Assembly (NCBI GenBank): GCA_043228905.1
Contig: JBHGNT010000007.1
Coordinates: 19,778,001-19,842,000, forward strand
DNA length: 64,000 nt
Origin: Azolla caroliniana
Taxonomy: Eukaryota > Plantae > Polypodiophyta
Reading direction: 5' to 3'
Shown here: positions 1-12,881 of the stretch, one piece after another
Layout: each line of letters opens with the position of its first letter
How positions within the stretch are numbered: position 1 is the stretch's first letter
The notes under the pieces: generated by a model
What the model was told of the DNA's origin: nothing
The model's input: only the letters and a program-made list of their open reading frames with translations
Databases searched by the model: none
Program-made: the position numbers and the translations under genes

Positions 1-1085
1 CTGTTCAAAAATTGAAGGATGAATCTTTAATTTTAAGTAGGAACTAAGATAAAATGGTGAAAAATGATGTGCATCTAGTCCATGTATGTATATTGAGCAT
101 AGTTCTTCATGAAATCTACTTTGTCTCTATGAATCTAAATATATTGTAAATGTGGATATTTTCAAAGAAAATCGCTCTTTTTCACATTCCTTAGTTTTTA
201 CAAATCAATGACACTTGTAGCATATTGTTCATTGATTACACAAACACATGGTTATTAGAAACATGAATTTCTTGATTAATTTTCACTTTAGCATAAATGT
301 CAATGACTTACTCCATTGGCTAGGCCCCATCCTGTAGATTGAATTTGTTGTGTGTACATTAGCATTATGAAAAATCTTATCATAGTTATGTATATCTACA
401 TAGTAATCTTAAATTAATTTAAAGAGAAAGTATATGTATCATTGTTCACAATAATATTTTGAAAAGAGCTTGGTATTACTAAACAAAAGTCTAAATAAAG
501 GTGGTCTTGAGTCTCATTTGTGTCGTACACAATCCATGCCAATTGGTTTTTTTATAGTGTTATTTTGAAGATGCATAACGTAAAGGTTTTCAAGTAAGAT
601 AATGATCACATTCATACTGAAAAAGACAATCCTGAGGTGGGTGAAATATCTATGTCATAAGGGCCATATGTAATGAATATTATATATTTATTGGAGTTGA
701 CCCAAAGAATAAAAAGCAATTTATCATTAATCATAGTGTCTTTCAATATCTCTCGTGTTCGTTTTTCTTTTGTCTTGTTGCCTTAGTGATATACACCACA
801 ACATTAATGTCATAAATTTTAGAGAAGCCATGTTTGATCCTTGCCATGGGCTTGGCCCTATCCCATTGATCGCACTTGGTCTCTCGCTAAACTACAAATT
901 TTATTATCTAGGGAATGGATTAGGCTCATGCCCCCACGCCCCCCAATTGGCAAGTTTATGGGTTATTTTTCTAGTAAACTATGAAACTATAACCCTATAC
1001 AATATTTCGTTGAATCTATTTTTAACAATAATGAGAAGTTATTGAGTTGGGTTACAATTTTATGCTCAACAACCAATTCTTTATA

Positions 1086-1378
1086 GGGAAAAGTACCAGG
1101 ATACCCTTGGAAGTTCGCCTATTTACCAGAATGCCCCCTAAGTTCCAAAATTACCAAACTACCAATATGTCCAAAAATAACACTTTATAAAGTAATTATA
1201 CACTCAAATCTACAAGCCCTATTTACCATAATACCTTTCAAACACAAATTTCTTTACTTAAGCGATTCTTTGGGTCCTTTGTACCTAACAATGTAGTCTT
1301 TTCTTTCTTTCTTGTTCATTGGGTTGATCAATCGTCTTCATCATTATGATCCATAGAAGGTCAGTTCACACACACACA

Positions 1379-1380
<2 letters not shown>
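1086..1380 (+). repeat. MULE left TIR (~290 bp, inner end runs into (CA)n)
   Basis: Reverse complement matches ~12880-13182 (e.g. GAAGTTCGCCTATTTACCAGAATGCCCC / GGGGCATTCTGGTAAATAGGCGAACTTC). Confidence 0.92.
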
Positions 1381-1426
<46 letters not shown>

Positions 1427-1753
1427 ATATATGGTCATTTCTCTATGTTTAGGTTTGCTCTTTCTTCTTTTATTGATCAATCCCCTTTTCCTTCTAATTT
1501 CTCTTTTTCCTGTATCCTCCAAATTTTTCTTTTTCTTTTTCTTCTTCTTCTTCTCTCTGTCTCTCTCTCATTTTGATGGTTGATGTCTCTCATAGAATGG
1601 CTTTGGTGGAGGGAAGGCAATTTGACTTGTAATAATTACATGTTAATTTTGATCCTTCTACAAAAAGTGTAACCCAAAAATATCCACAAAATCAAATATA
1701 TCTATCGACGCAACAAAATATCTAATAATGCACAATCATCACTAAATTGGCTA

Positions 1754-2170
1754 ATGAGCACTGTCGGCCCCTCACATTGGGCTACATGTAAGTTTTCAGG
1801 GAAAAGGTTTGGACACTTGACATCTAACATTGCCAAGTCCCTAAATGCATGGTTGTTAGAGCCTAGAGCTATGTCAATTCTAGGGATGATGGAATTGATA
1901 CGCCAAAAGATAATGTCATGGTTTTATGAAAAGACAGTTAATGGAGAAACTTCTAAAGCATGTATTGGATTAGTTAATGGAGAGATAACACATGATGCAT
2001 TGGTTGGACATGCAGAGAATTTCATTAGAGAATCCATACAACGTGGAAGACTATACCATATTTTGCCATCTACTAATGATGTTTTTGAGATTCATACTCT
2101 GAAACATGCTAGGATTTTTTATGTGGATAAGAAGATATGTACTTGTGGACAATGGCAGGACAATGGCAAT
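1754..2170 (+). pseudogene. MuDR/Mutator transposase fragment with SWIM zinc finger
   Basis: Translation ...RFGHLTSNIAKSLNAWL...MMELIRQKIMSWF...CTCGQWQ matches the conserved MULE region before and into the SWIM finger (TxNxxESxN; CxCxxW). Truncated on both sides. Confidence 0.85.
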
Positions 2171-2494
2171 GTAATAGTTTTCCCACTACTTGTGAGACAG
2201 CTTGGAAAGGAAATTCAAGAACTAGGGAGGGTCCTTGAAAAGTTCCTTGGCAAAGACAATTTAGGGATAAGGGATTACCCCTTCACCTTCAATTTGATTC
2301 ATTGGGACAGGTTGTAAATTCATCGAATTCTCGAGGTTTTCATCAAACGGGAGAACCTAAACAAAATATTTCGATAGACAACTCTAAGGATGTGGTGCAT
2401 GAAAATCCATATGCAACATTGGAGCATGCTTTGACTAGTTTCATGACATCGGTTGCTCTAAAGGAGCAAGTGCACCCATAACATTGTTGATTGA

Positions 2495-3906
2495 ATGAAA
2501 GTGGTAACATGGAATGTGAGAGGGGCATGTTCTCCTCATAAGAAGTATATATTATGGGAAACTTTGTTAAGTAAAGAATGGGATGTATTATGTGTAGTTG
2601 AGCATAAGTGATATGAGTTGGCAGGATCCATAGTTCATTTACGTGGATATTCATCATTCTATGCAAGACATCTTAATAATCATTATTCAGGTGTGGTATT
2701 AATCATGCGGGATAAATATTATCCTCAAGTGGTGCATAATGATCCTTATGGTCGGTTTTTGGTTCTAGAAATCACTTTTTTTGGCAAGGTTGTGTGGGTG
2801 GTTGGGATTTATGCCCCTAACCAAGCCACTCAACGTATTGCATTATGGGGCTCACTCCTTCAGACCCTATGTGTGGGTTGTCCCGGATTACTTATGGGTG
2901 ATTTTAACATGTGTGTTGATGCATCTCAATCTACGTCTAAAAATTCAATCATGGATGATCCTGAGTAACTTCCTTGGGATGCATTGGCTATGGGGGTTCT
3001 GAAGTTGGATGTTTGGACATGGTTGCATAGGAATGATCCAGGTTTTACTTTCCAATCTGCTCAACATAGACAAACATGGAGTCGGTTAGATAGAATGTAT
3101 GTGATGCACAATGATTCTTTTTTACCAACATCACTTTGTATGAAAGTTCTACAAGATGTAGGAACTTCAGATCACTTTCCTATTTGTTTGGTGGTTTGTA
3201 ATCATGCAATTGACATGTATAGATCCTTACTTGGAAAGCCTCCATTACGCTTTAACTCTTCTCTTTTGCTTCAACCTCACTTTGATTCTCTCATGGAGCA
3301 AATTTTGGTAAATTTTTCACAAGAAGTGAATCTTAAAGGAGTCAAAACATGGGATATCACATTACGAAACATTAAGATCATTCATCGTATGTATGGAGTA
3401 ACTAATGCTCAACGAAGAAGAGGTCTTCTTCGACAATTCTCACATGTTCTCTCCAAGTGTAATGCATTATTGATACATGCACCATTAGATGGGGAGCTTT
3501 TGGATATCCAAAGTCAATTGCATGTTATTATTTCTCAGTTGCAATGCCAAAGTTATCGTTATACGAATGTGTGATAACTGAGGGATGGGTTCATAGATAA
3601 TCAATGTCAATCTCATTTGTTTTTCCAAGCATTACATCCTAATTATGCTTGATCTAATGTGGTACATGTGAAACAAGGGGATGAATGGATAGTGGATCCA
3701 ACTACAATAATTAACATATGTGTTCATTACTTTAAGAAGTTGATTGGCCCACAATTGTTAATGATAATGAGGTGAGTAGAGCACGTCATGAGTTTTATGA
3801 TGTGGTTAGATGTATTGTGCATGATCTCATTAGTCATGAATTGGATGTGGATTTCACTGAGGATGAGGTGGGCACAATTTTAAGGCATCTTCCTAGGGGT
3901 AAGAGC
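2495..3906 (+). pseudogene. LINE ORF2 5' part: APE-like endonuclease and linker
   Basis: Endonuclease motifs WNVRG, IYAPN, MGDFN, SRLDR and SDHFP, with in-frame stops. Confidence 0.85.
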
Positions 3907-4257
3907 TGTCACGGATAGATCATAATCTCAAGAGACAAGAAAGAAGATAACCAAATGGATGGGTAGAATTAACTGAAAGACTCCATAACTAGTGTTGTTC
4001 ACCTTGAATTCCTTCAAGGTGAACTCAACTATTTATACTACACGGCATGCATACTTGTTGCACGCATGTGAATCTACAATAGAGCATGTAGGTATGCATG
4101 CATGTGCCAAGTGTAAATACTACAAGGGAGCACCTATGCACATGATGCTAGCCAAAACTACAAGGACCAATTATATACATAATTGTATACTAAATATGTT
4201 GGTTAACCCATAATACTTGATTATAATATGGTCATGTCAAGAGTTTGAATCTTGACA
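3907..4257 (-). repeat. 3' LTR of gypsy element
   Basis: Direct repeat of 9944-10294 with about 16 substitutions by hand count. TG...CA termini, adjacent PPT at 4258-4271. Confidence 0.95.
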
Positions 4258-4299
4258 TTATCCCCCTTCCTAGGCCACCTTCCCAAATCGGCCACCAAT

Positions 4300-5783
4300 T
4301 TGTGGGGATATCGATGATGAAAATCTTGGACCACCTTTAGGGCATTTTGTAAATTTTCCGATGGTTCCCATGTGGCGTCAGACATGGGGTAACCCCTCCA
4401 AAATACGAGCTATTGCAAGCATCGACAGTGCCAACGCGAGTCAAGGATTTGGTCGACCTCGTATTCCTCCCTTGTCATCAATTGCACAGGTGGTGGTGGT
4501 GGGGCCTGATGTCCTGGGAGTTGCGAAGCATAATGGGGTTCGAGGAGGGAGACATGAAAAACATTGTGAATATGGAAGTGGGATGGAAGAGCGAGCCGGA
4601 AGGCGACGGGAATGATACGGAATGGTCCCAACTTCTTGTAATCAAGTTTCGCACATGGACGAGTAGTAGAGATGTGTCGGCGTAACAACCAGACCATGTC
4701 TCCAACGACAAAGTGTGGAGTGGCAGATTGATGGTGATCAGCCTGGTTCTTGTATCGTTCACTAGCGAGACTAAGCTCCAAGGATAAATCATGATGTAGC
4801 TCTTCTAAAACGCGTGCGCGATCCTCCGCCGAAGGGTTCACGAAAGTGGTAGGAAGGGAAATGTTGAAGTGAGGATGTAAACCATAGTTTGCAAAGAAGG
4901 GAGTGACGCCAATTGATGCATGGAGAGCATTATTGTAGGCGAATTCCACGAGTGAAAGTAACTTGACCCAATCATCTTGTTGGTAACTAACCGAGCACCG
5001 AAGATACTGCTCAAGGATTTGGTTGACATGCTCCATTTGCCCGTCAATTTGGGGGTGATATGCGGAGGACAACTTGATAGAGATGCCTAAAGTTTGTAGC
5101 AGGTGCTGCCAGAAGTGAGAGACAAACTGAGGTCCGCGATCGAAGATGACATCATCGGGGAGTCCATGCAAGCATACCACATTGTTGAGTAGTAGATGCA
5201 CAATTCCTTCTCCAGTAATGGTTTTGGAGCATGGAGTGAAGTGAGCCATCTTCGTAAACTGATCGACAACGACCAACATCGAGTCATAGTTATTTACCAA
5301 GGGTAGATCAGTTATCAAGTCCATAGAGATAGAGGCCCAAGGACGACGGGGGCATGGAAGCAACTAGAGTAAGCCGTATGGCCGATAATGAGCGGCTTTG
5401 GACTGAGCACAAACCTCACAACTCTTGATGTATTCTTTGACCAATTTCCATGGTTGTGGCCACCAATACCCCCGAGAGATTAGCTTGAGGGTTTTCACGA
5501 CCCAGAAATGACCTGCAAGTGGGTCATCGTGGCATTCCCACAACACCCAAGTTCGACATGGGCCCTCTGGGACATATAAGAGATTATCTCGGAATAACAA
5601 ACCCTCTTGTATGGTGAAGGTGTCAAGATCCTTCCTTTTGGTCGCCTTGGAGGGGTTTTGCAAACTATCTCGAATCTCGTTGACGAACGCATCGGTCGTG
5701 GATGCATCGGTGATCTGTTGGAGTAATGAATCATCCTGCAACATACAAGTGGCAAAAAGATGCAATTGGTCGGGTTTCAGCAA
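4300..5783 (-). pseudogene. gypsy pol: integrase (HHCC, DDE core) plus chromodomain
   Basis: ORFs 5364-5783 (HDDPLAGH...CEVC) and 4410-5363 (SMDLITDLP, DRGPQFVS, LGPF). The chromodomain continues past a stop into ...GYPMSDATWEPSENL. Confidence 0.9.
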
Positions 5784-5936
5784 ATGTCTAGATTGTTGAG
5801 CATAAGCAGCATCCCCAGGGTGGAGTGCAAGGTCAACTCGACGAGAAAGGGCATCGGCCTTCCCATGTTGGCCACCAGGTCGAAATACGATCTCAAAATC
5901 GTAGTCCGCAAGAAATGTCGACCAACAGGCATGCCT

Positions 5937-8861
5937 TCAATTCAAAGTACGAGTGGTGGAAAAATAAACTAAATTTTTATGATCAGTCACTACCTGGACA
6001 CGATGTTGTGCGTTGGCCAAGTAGGGTCGCCATTCTTCAAAGGCAGCAATGATAGCAGCAAGCTCCTTGTCGTATATGGGATAATTGATTTCGGAGGCTG
6101 TGAATTTACGAGAGTAGTAAGCCACTGGGTGCATTAGGTTGGTGTTGTTTGCTTGGGATAAGATGGCGCCAATGGCGAAGTCAGAGGCATCAGTTTCGAC
6201 TTGGAAGGGTTTTGTAGGGTCAGCATGTTGCAACACCGAGGCAACGATAAATGCGTGTTTGAGTGAGTTGAACACATTTTGTGCCTCTGAGGTCCATAAA
6301 AAAGGAGTACGTTTACGGGTGCGGGCGATAAGAGGTTGTGCTAGGATGGAAAACCCCTTGATGAAGCGACCGTAAAAATTCGCGAAGCCGAGGAAGGATT
6401 GCACATCTTTAAGTCGCCTTGGATTCGCCCACGCTTGAATGACAGAGACCTTCTTCATATCCATGGTGATTCTAGTGGGCAAGAGGATGCAGCCCAGAAA
6501 TTCGATCGAGGTAATGTCGAAGTCGCATTTCTCGCCTTTGGCATAAAGGTCATGCTCACGAAGTTTGGCAAGAACTAATCAAACTTGGTGAGTGTGCTCC
6601 TCCATGTTTGGCGAGAAAATGAGAATATCATCGAGGTAAATGGCAACAAAATGATCGAGATATTCCCGGAATATATCGTTCATCACATGTTGAAAAACTA
6701 TTGGTGCATTACTAAGACCTAAAGGCATTACCTTGTATTCGAAATGCCCTTACCGTGTTCAGAATGCAGTTTTCCATTCATCCCCCGGCTTGATGCATAC
6801 TAGATTGTACGCTCCACGCAGATCAACTTTGGAGAAGACACGCTGTCATGAAAAATCCATCACTACGTGCGGATCGTGAGGCGGAACCGCTGGGGTTCTG
6901 GACTGAAAGGATTCGAAGTTTGCACTAGCTTTAGCGAGAAAGGATTTAAGATAGATTGAGAGAGGTTGATATGGAGAGAGAGAGATTGAGATAAAGATTG
7001 AACGCTTGACTTTAAATTTGAGAGACAAGATACATTAGGATAACTTGATTTATTATTATTATTATTATTAATAATGTCTTCCCAATTTCTTCATTAGTCC
7101 CATCTCGCTTGACCTCCATTCTTTTATAGATCCTCCCATGCATATGATGCATGGGAGGGTGCAAGACATGCACGTAATGCATGCAATGCATGTATGAGAT
7201 TTTACATATGAAAAGTACAATGATAAAAGGTAACTCTAAAGTCATGACTTAGTTTAGTGGTAAGTCATATGGCTCTTATGTAGGAGGTGCAAGGTTCAAA
7301 TTTTGTAAACACAAAATTTTGTAAGGCTCTAGTCTTATATTTACAAATGTTTAACTGCATACCTCCAATGAATCGATGGAACCGTTAGACAATTTTGTTC
7401 GTTTCATACCGAAAAATCTTCAAGACACCGTGCGTCGTGATAAACCTATTCAACGGACCAGATCGATCCATCTATCCGGTCCCGACCAGTTCGATCCGCA
7501 TCCGATATGCATTCCGTTCGGTCCGATTCCAATTCCAGTTCTCCAAGTCCATTTTAAACAACATGGCCACATCCTTTCATCCAAGTTATACAACCCAACC
7601 TTTTTGTGCACCTAACACATAGATGAAACATAAAGAGATATGCCTCTACTTATATACTCTTCAATCCTGATAGTGTCCTATCTATGTGGGATATCTCACA
7701 GTTTTTTTGTTTTTCTCTTCTTCTTCTCAAACTTCACACTCACATAATTTGACACTAAGTTGTCCATTTCACATGTAGTAAAATGCATTTGGAACCTGTT
7801 GAAGACATCTATCTTTTCATACCAAGATATTAAACTAATATATAATAATATCTTCACTATTATTATTTCATATTGTGTGTGAAGAACCACACTCAATTTT
7901 GTACATTCCATGCAATTTTCACACTATTGTCGAAAATCTTCACGACAACGCGCAACTCAGAGTTGATCAAGGAGTTCGGGGATCAGAGGTAGCGGATAGC
8001 GGTTGTGCATAGTGAGTTTGTTGAGACCTCGGTAGTCGACGCATAAGCGTAGAGAGTCGTCCTTCTTCTTCACGAATAAAATGGGGGCCCCGGCCGACGA
8101 CTTAGAAAGTTGAATAAATCCTTTCTCGAGGTTCTCATCGAGATCCACACGAAGGGCCTTCAGCTCTAGTGTAGACAACGCATATAGAGGACCAAAGGGT
8201 GGACACGCACCTTGAAGATCAATCGGACAACCGTAGAGCCAGTGTTCGGGCAAATGATTAGCATTACATTTTTCAAATACGTCAAAGAAGTGTTAGTATT
8301 TGTTAGGAATAACATGGAGTGTGTTAGAAATTGCACCACAAACAACCCCATCTTGGACTGATGGTGGGGTAGCCGAGTTAGAATCGCCTTCTTCGAAGGA
8401 TGGGAAACTGAATTGACCTTCATAGTTTTGTGCGAGCATCCTAGCTCGCTAAATGTGATCGAGCGGTTGCACTAATCCACTATTGGATTGTGCGCCTCCA
8501 ACCACGTTAGTCCTAAGAAGATCGGATGTCAAGGAGATGTGATGAGGTAAAAGGTGAGCTCCTCCTAATGTGAGCCCACACGAAGCCCTAATGGGATCAT
8601 AGCTTGAGTAATTACGCCTGACGAGAGGACGCGCCCATCAATTGCTTCAACAAGAATGGGTTCTGAGAGGCAAACGACGGGTACGCCATGTGCTTGGGCG
8701 AACGCGATGTCGGTGAAGCAAGAAGATGCCCTAGAATCAAGTAAAGCAACAGACTGAATGGAACAAGAGTTAAACGAAACCCATGCCTCCAATGTGAAAT
8801 TGCCCGACGGTCCGGCAATGGAACCAAGAGAATGTGGGTGATGGGAGATGTCCAGTTGCAT
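5937..8861 (-). pseudogene. gypsy pol: aspartic protease, RT and RNase H (split by solo LTR)
   Basis: ORFs 8565-8861 (ALLDSRAS), 7957-8253 ([23 protein letters not shown]), RT core at 6480-6843, and 5937-6482 (QSFLGFANFY, ETDASDFAIGAIL). Confidence 0.9.
6844..7947. mobile_element. ~1.1-kb solo-LTR-like insertion into the gypsy RT
   Basis: Termini TGTCATGAA...TTCACGACA form a short inverted repeat (TG...CA), with 4-bp duplication ACGC (6840-6843, 7948-7951). Removing it restores the RT frame LDQL(*)VARVFSKVDLRGAYNL. Confidence 0.8.
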
Positions 8862-9170
8862 GGCTCCTATTGCAACCGAACGATGTCATTTTCCGGATGT
8901 TGGGGTTCGTTAGCTCGATGGAATTGTGGGTGATTACTCCTAGGAAAATGGCGAATGACATGACTGGAGGCACCACAATGCAGGCACAAAGCCATTAGCC
9001 CATTGAAATTATCGTTCGACATTAGTCAATGGCCGAAATCGGGCTTGATCAATTTCCATGGGGACGGGAGCATCTGCCAAAGTAGGGGAGTGTGACGTAG
9101 TCGGTGGGAGGGATATCTGGGGTTGTTTGACCGGGGCATGTCGTGGAAGTGAATGAGGTGGAAACCCTTC

Positions 9171-9659
9171 CTAACGAAATTCAAAAAGACGATTGTCACA
9201 ATGGATTGCTTGTGAAATTGCTTGGGATAACGAGGTGGGCTCTAGAAAGTTCAAGAGAAGAATCTTGACATTGCTTCGAAGGCCCCTCCGAAAGTGATAA
9301 GCTAAAGCTTGATCATCCCAATTGACGTCACATGCTAGTTGTCGAAATTTTGAAGCATAGACAGAAGTTGCACGTGAACCTTGTTTGAGTGCATAAAGCT
9401 TGTTAAAGTATGTACGTTGTCGGTCCGTCTCTCCAAATGTGGCCTCTAACTCAATGAGGAAGGTGGGAAAGTCCTCCAATAGAGGCGATGAAGTTTCTAC
9501 CAATGGTGCAAGCCAAGCTTGGACCGGACCTGAGAGAAGGGTGCCCAGAGCCCACAAGGCCGACTTGTCGAAAATCATCTGCATAACGTTGAGGTTGTAG
9601 CCGAATGATAATTCGAATTTGGTTGATGAACCCTTGGAAATGTGACCTTTTTCCATCAA
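9171..9659 (-). pseudogene. gypsy gag (retrotransposon gag domain) remnant
   Basis: LLSGPVQAW...LKQGSR..SVYASKFRQLA...W.DQAL...FRRGL is a typical Ty3/gypsy capsid motif. Confidence 0.85.
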
Positions 9660-9929
9660 ATTTTTCTGGGAGGCTAACCTTAGGCTTAAGAAAATGCGAA
9701 GAAGCTAGGCTAGATGTTGGTAGAAGATCGGGCTCTAGGCTAGGTTGTGGTGGGAGACTCAGCTTCGGGGTTGTAAGGATAGGGAGGTACTGACTTGAAG
9801 TTCTTGTAAAGAATTTTGAAGAGCTTCATTTTCAAGCTAGAGTTGTTGTAAGGCTACCATTATCTAGCTTAAGTCACCAGCTGAGTTGGACATAGTTACG
9901 GCTTATGAGAGGGAGAGCTATGGGGATGG

Positions 9930-9941
9930 CAAGGTGAACAA
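9930..9941 (-). promoter_or_regulatory. Putative self-priming PBS of gypsy element
   Basis: Minus-strand TTGTTCACCTTG, 2 nt after the 5' LTR, is complementary to CAAGGTGAACAA inside the LTR (10032-10043). It lacks the TGG start of tRNA PBSs. Confidence 0.75.
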
Positions 9942-9943
9942 AC

Positions 9944-10294
9944 TGTCACGGATAGATCATAAGCTCAAGAGACAAGAAAGAAGATAACCAAATGAATGAG
10001 TAGTATTAACTGAAAGACTCCATAACTGGTGTTGTTCACCTTGAATTCCTTCAAGGGGAACTCAACTATTTATACTACACGGCATGCATACTTGTTGCAC
10101 GCATGTGAATCTACAATAGCGCATGTAGGTACGCATGTATGTGCCAAGTGTAAATACTACAAGGGAGCAACTATGCACATGATGCTAGCCAAAACTACAA
10201 GGACCAATTATATACATAGCTGTATACTAGATATGTTGGTTAACCCATAATACTTGAATATAATATAGTCATGTCAAGAGTTCGAATCTTGACA
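9944..10294 (-). repeat. 5' LTR of gypsy element (TATAAATA at 10067-10074, minus strand)
   Basis: Direct repeat of 3907-4257. Confidence 0.95.
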
Positions 10295-12708
10295 AGAGCC
10301 CTGGTTGGGATGGCTTGACAAATGAAGTTTTTAAGCGATATTCGAACATTTTAAAGGGGCCCTTAACTTTGATGTTTCAACATTCTTGGGATTTTGGTCG
10401 TATGCCTCAAGCTTGGAAGGTTGCTCTAATTAAATTAGTTCCATAGGTGACATCTCTCGAGTCATTTCATCAATGAAGACCTATTTCTTTGATAGGGGGG
10501 TTGTATAAGATATTTACAAAGTTCTTGGCAAATAGATTACAAAAGTATTTGCAAAAGTTGATACATCCTACCAAATATGGTTTTATTGCAGGTAGAAATA
10601 TATTGCATAATGTGTTGAATGTTCAAATGGCCATGGATTATGCTCGAAACACTCATCAAGAATTGATTATGGTGCAATTAGATTTGGAGAAAGCTTATGA
10701 TCATGTTAATTGGTCCTTTGTTTCTTGGTTAATGCATACAATGGGCTTTGGACCTCGTATGTCTCGCTTCATATTTTTATTAGGACAATATGCGGTGTCT
10801 CGAGTAATGCTTAATGGGGGAGTTACATTATATATTTCCTTCACAAGATCCATTCGTCAATGATGCCCTCTTAGCCCATTGTTGTTTGCTATTGTTACTC
10901 ATACCTTGTTAGTGATGTTATCAAGGCTTGCAACAAATGGTGACATTGTGGGTCTACACCTTCCGTCTGGAGGGCAACTAGTAGCACAGGCTTTTGCTGA
11001 TGATTCTTTCATGTTTATACACGCCTCACGAGAGAATCTGGAGAAGGGGATGCTTGTATGGAACCAATTTGCATTGGCTTGTGGATTAAATATTAATTGG
11101 AGGAAGTCTAGTCTCATATCATGTAATGAAAGGGATTTGGAATGTTTAGGATGACAAGGATCCGTGGTGAAGAAAGGCTCTATTTTTCGATACTTGGGCT
11201 ATCCATTAGGAATGAGTGTTACAATTGGTCAATTGATTGAATGGATGTCTAGTAAGTTGAGGGATAAGTTCATGTATTGGAAGTCACAATCTTGCCCATT
11301 TCATGTATGCTTGAAGGTTGTACAATGTATTATGGAACCCATGATACTATATTACTTGCCATTGTTGCCATGGACAAAGAAGGCTTCGATATTTGTTGTG
11401 GAAGAAGAGGGATAAGATGGGAATCACTTTGGTTGCATGGAATCATCGAGCAACCCCTAAGCGCTTGGGGGGAGCTGGAATATTGAACTTATCTGAGCAT
11501 ATGATGGCTTGTAGATTTTCATTATTACAAGACATGTGTTCAAACTCACAACCACGGATATCTATTGGTCAATATTTCATTGAGAACAAGGGTTTAACAC
11601 ATGGGAGGACAACGATTAAGGCTTCATGGTGGCAATGATTGAATGGATGCATTTCACTTAGGATTCTGGGCACTTGGTTTAACACTTGGTTACCTCATGG
11701 CAAGAAGCACTCTTGTTATGTGTATGGAAACCATCATCTAGTAGAAAGCATTGTAATTCTTTGCAAAAAGAGGTACTTATGTCTTCTCTATTATTATGTT
11801 GGCCAGGAAAGGAGATATTACGCTCTCAATTTAATAGTTTGTCTCGTTTGGGGGTCAAAGAGTTGGGAGATATAGTTGAGGCTTCATCTCAAAGAATTTT
11901 GGAGTTTGTTGAAGCGTGACAATTATTACGCATTCCACCTAATTATGGGTTTATTTGGCAACAACTACAAAATATTCCATTGATGCAAGGTCCCTTACCT
12001 CTACAAATAGGAGAATAACCGTGGATTGATTGGTGTTTAAAGGGTCAAATGTCGTTGTTACAAGTGACTACTAATCTTTTGTATCACTGCTATGTCGAGT
12101 CTCTTGGATGGTTATCATCTAAGGCTGAAGAAGAATGGGGAATACACAAATCCGATGATGGGTGGTGGCAGATCTTACAACGTAGTTGGCATTCTAAATT
12201 GCCACTTGTAGCAAAGGTCTTCATTTGGAGAGTTTTGATTGGAGGATTGCCTTTGGGATTAGCTCTGAAGTGTCATGGACTCGCAACGGGTAATTGCTTC
12301 TTTTGCATTGTTCAAATGGAAGATAGTACTCATCGATTTATACAATGTCCGATTGCTTGTCAGATTTGGAATTACATTTCTCAAATTTGGCAAGTCTTAT
12401 CACGGTGTTATTTAACACCTAGACAATGGGTGTTTGCACAATTTACACAAGTTGACCCAAAATCAGAGATGGAGATCTTTTTTCTATTTCTAAGATATTG
12501 GGGATTGCGTCATAATTGGAATATGCGCAACACTTTTATATTTGATGGTAGACATGGAGTGAAAGCATATCTAGCAAAGTTGAAGGGAGTACTAATGTGG
12601 CAATTTTCTTTATTGGAGCAAGTGGAAATTCTTTCCTCGATTCAGTGTTCATCTTGCCTATTGGCAATTCAACATGTTCCACTACCCATGAGTGTAGTTT
12701 GTGGGTGA
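10295..12708 (+). pseudogene. LINE ORF2 3' part: reverse transcriptase and zf-RVT
   Basis: ORF fragments at 10489-10863, 10879-11154, 11164-11415, 11393-11638 and 12049-12708 carry non-LTR RT motifs. Confidence 0.88.
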
Positions 12709-12782
12709 CCATAATCCATTGTCACGCCCATTGTAAGTAGTGTTTTGTACACACATTTTTTAATATAATTGTGTGTTTTCAC

Positions 12783-12785
<3 letters not shown>

Positions 12786-12881
<96 letters not shown>

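Larger units (their letters stand above)
3907..10294 (-). mobile_element. Ty3/gypsy chromovirus LTR retrotransposon (Tcn1/Tf1-like), full length but decayed
   Basis: Two 351-bp TG...CA LTRs (3907-4257, 9944-10294) with 5-bp TSD AGAGC (3902-3906, 10295-10299). Minus-strand order is gag, protease (LLDS), RT ([15 protein letters not shown]), RNase H (ETDASDFAIG, YDKEL), integrase (SMDLITDLP, GPF) and chromodomain (EYEVDQILDSR...ATWEP). PPT AGGAAGGGGGATAA abuts the 3' LTR. Confidence 0.95.
2171..12786 (+). mobile_element. Decayed L1-clade LINE (APE endonuclease, RT, zf-RVT), interrupted by a gypsy element
   Basis: ORF2 starts MKVVTWNVRG at 2495 with EN motifs IYAPN, GDFN, SRLDR and SDH. RT motifs include GKSPGWDG (rejoined across the LTR insertion), LDLEKAYDHV, RQ(G)CPLSP, FADD and YLG. 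A C-terminal zf-RVT-like CxxC...H..C lies at 12049-12708. The element ends in a short A run plus (GA)n. Many stops and frameshifts; the 5' boundary is approximate. Confidence 0.88.

Noticed and set aside
3992-4213. Duplicated 73-aa ORF (also 10029-10250)
   Set aside because: It lies within the two LTRs. The duplication is explained by LTR identity, and the start codon is not ATG.
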